DNA of 64,000 nucleotides from Heterodontus francisci (Eukaryota), in the NCBI RefSeq assembly GCF_036365525.1, contig NC_090380.1, positions 72,777,757-72,841,756 on the forward strand, written 5' to 3'. Shown here piece by piece: positions 63,909-64,000 of the stretch. The notes under the pieces were generated by a model. That model ran no database searches. It was not told where the DNA came from and was given only the letters and a program-made list of their open reading frames with translations. The translations under genes and the position numbers were made by a program. Positions within the stretch are counted from its first letter, which is position 1. Every line of letters begins with the position of its first letter.

Positions 63909-64000
63909 TGCAGGGAGATGGAGAAATAAAAACCTGTACTCACCCTTGCTATCTTTTGAGGTAATTGAAGTGCTTCTTGCACTGAATCCAGTTCTTGAGG

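Overview
This is repeat-rich vertebrate genomic DNA. The transposon families (tRNA-derived HE1/V-SINE-like SINEs, Deu-SINE-like SINEs, CR1, RTE, Penelope, Harbinger) suggest a cartilaginous fish, probably a shark (inference). Two immunoglobulin-superfamily genes lie in tandem on the + strand, both reconstructed from splice sites and reading frames. Gene 1 is B7/butyrophilin-family, closest to B7-H4/VTCN1 by my recall: V exon 1518-1856 and C exon 8863-9144. No leader or transmembrane exon was found for it in the window. Gene 2 is an apparently intact, non-rearranging antigen-receptor-like inhibitory receptor: leader 35461-35509, germline-joined VJ domain 35605-35946, C1-set domain 37869-38168, uncharged TM 44818-44922 and an ITIM tail 59026-59268. 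One small cytoplasmic exon of gene 2 is unresolved. Between the genes sits a young, internally deleted gamma-like endogenous retrovirus (21192-26299) with 564-bp LTRs, a tRNA-Pro PBS, a CTAC TSD and a 37-bp leader array. Other notable structures are an inverted copy of the C1 splice acceptor in the next intron, many hairpin-shaped Penelope ends centred on a hammerhead-ribozyme motif, and a ~1.1-kb local duplication. No databases or programs were run. Family names come from motif recognition, and repeat boundaries without a TSD are approximate.
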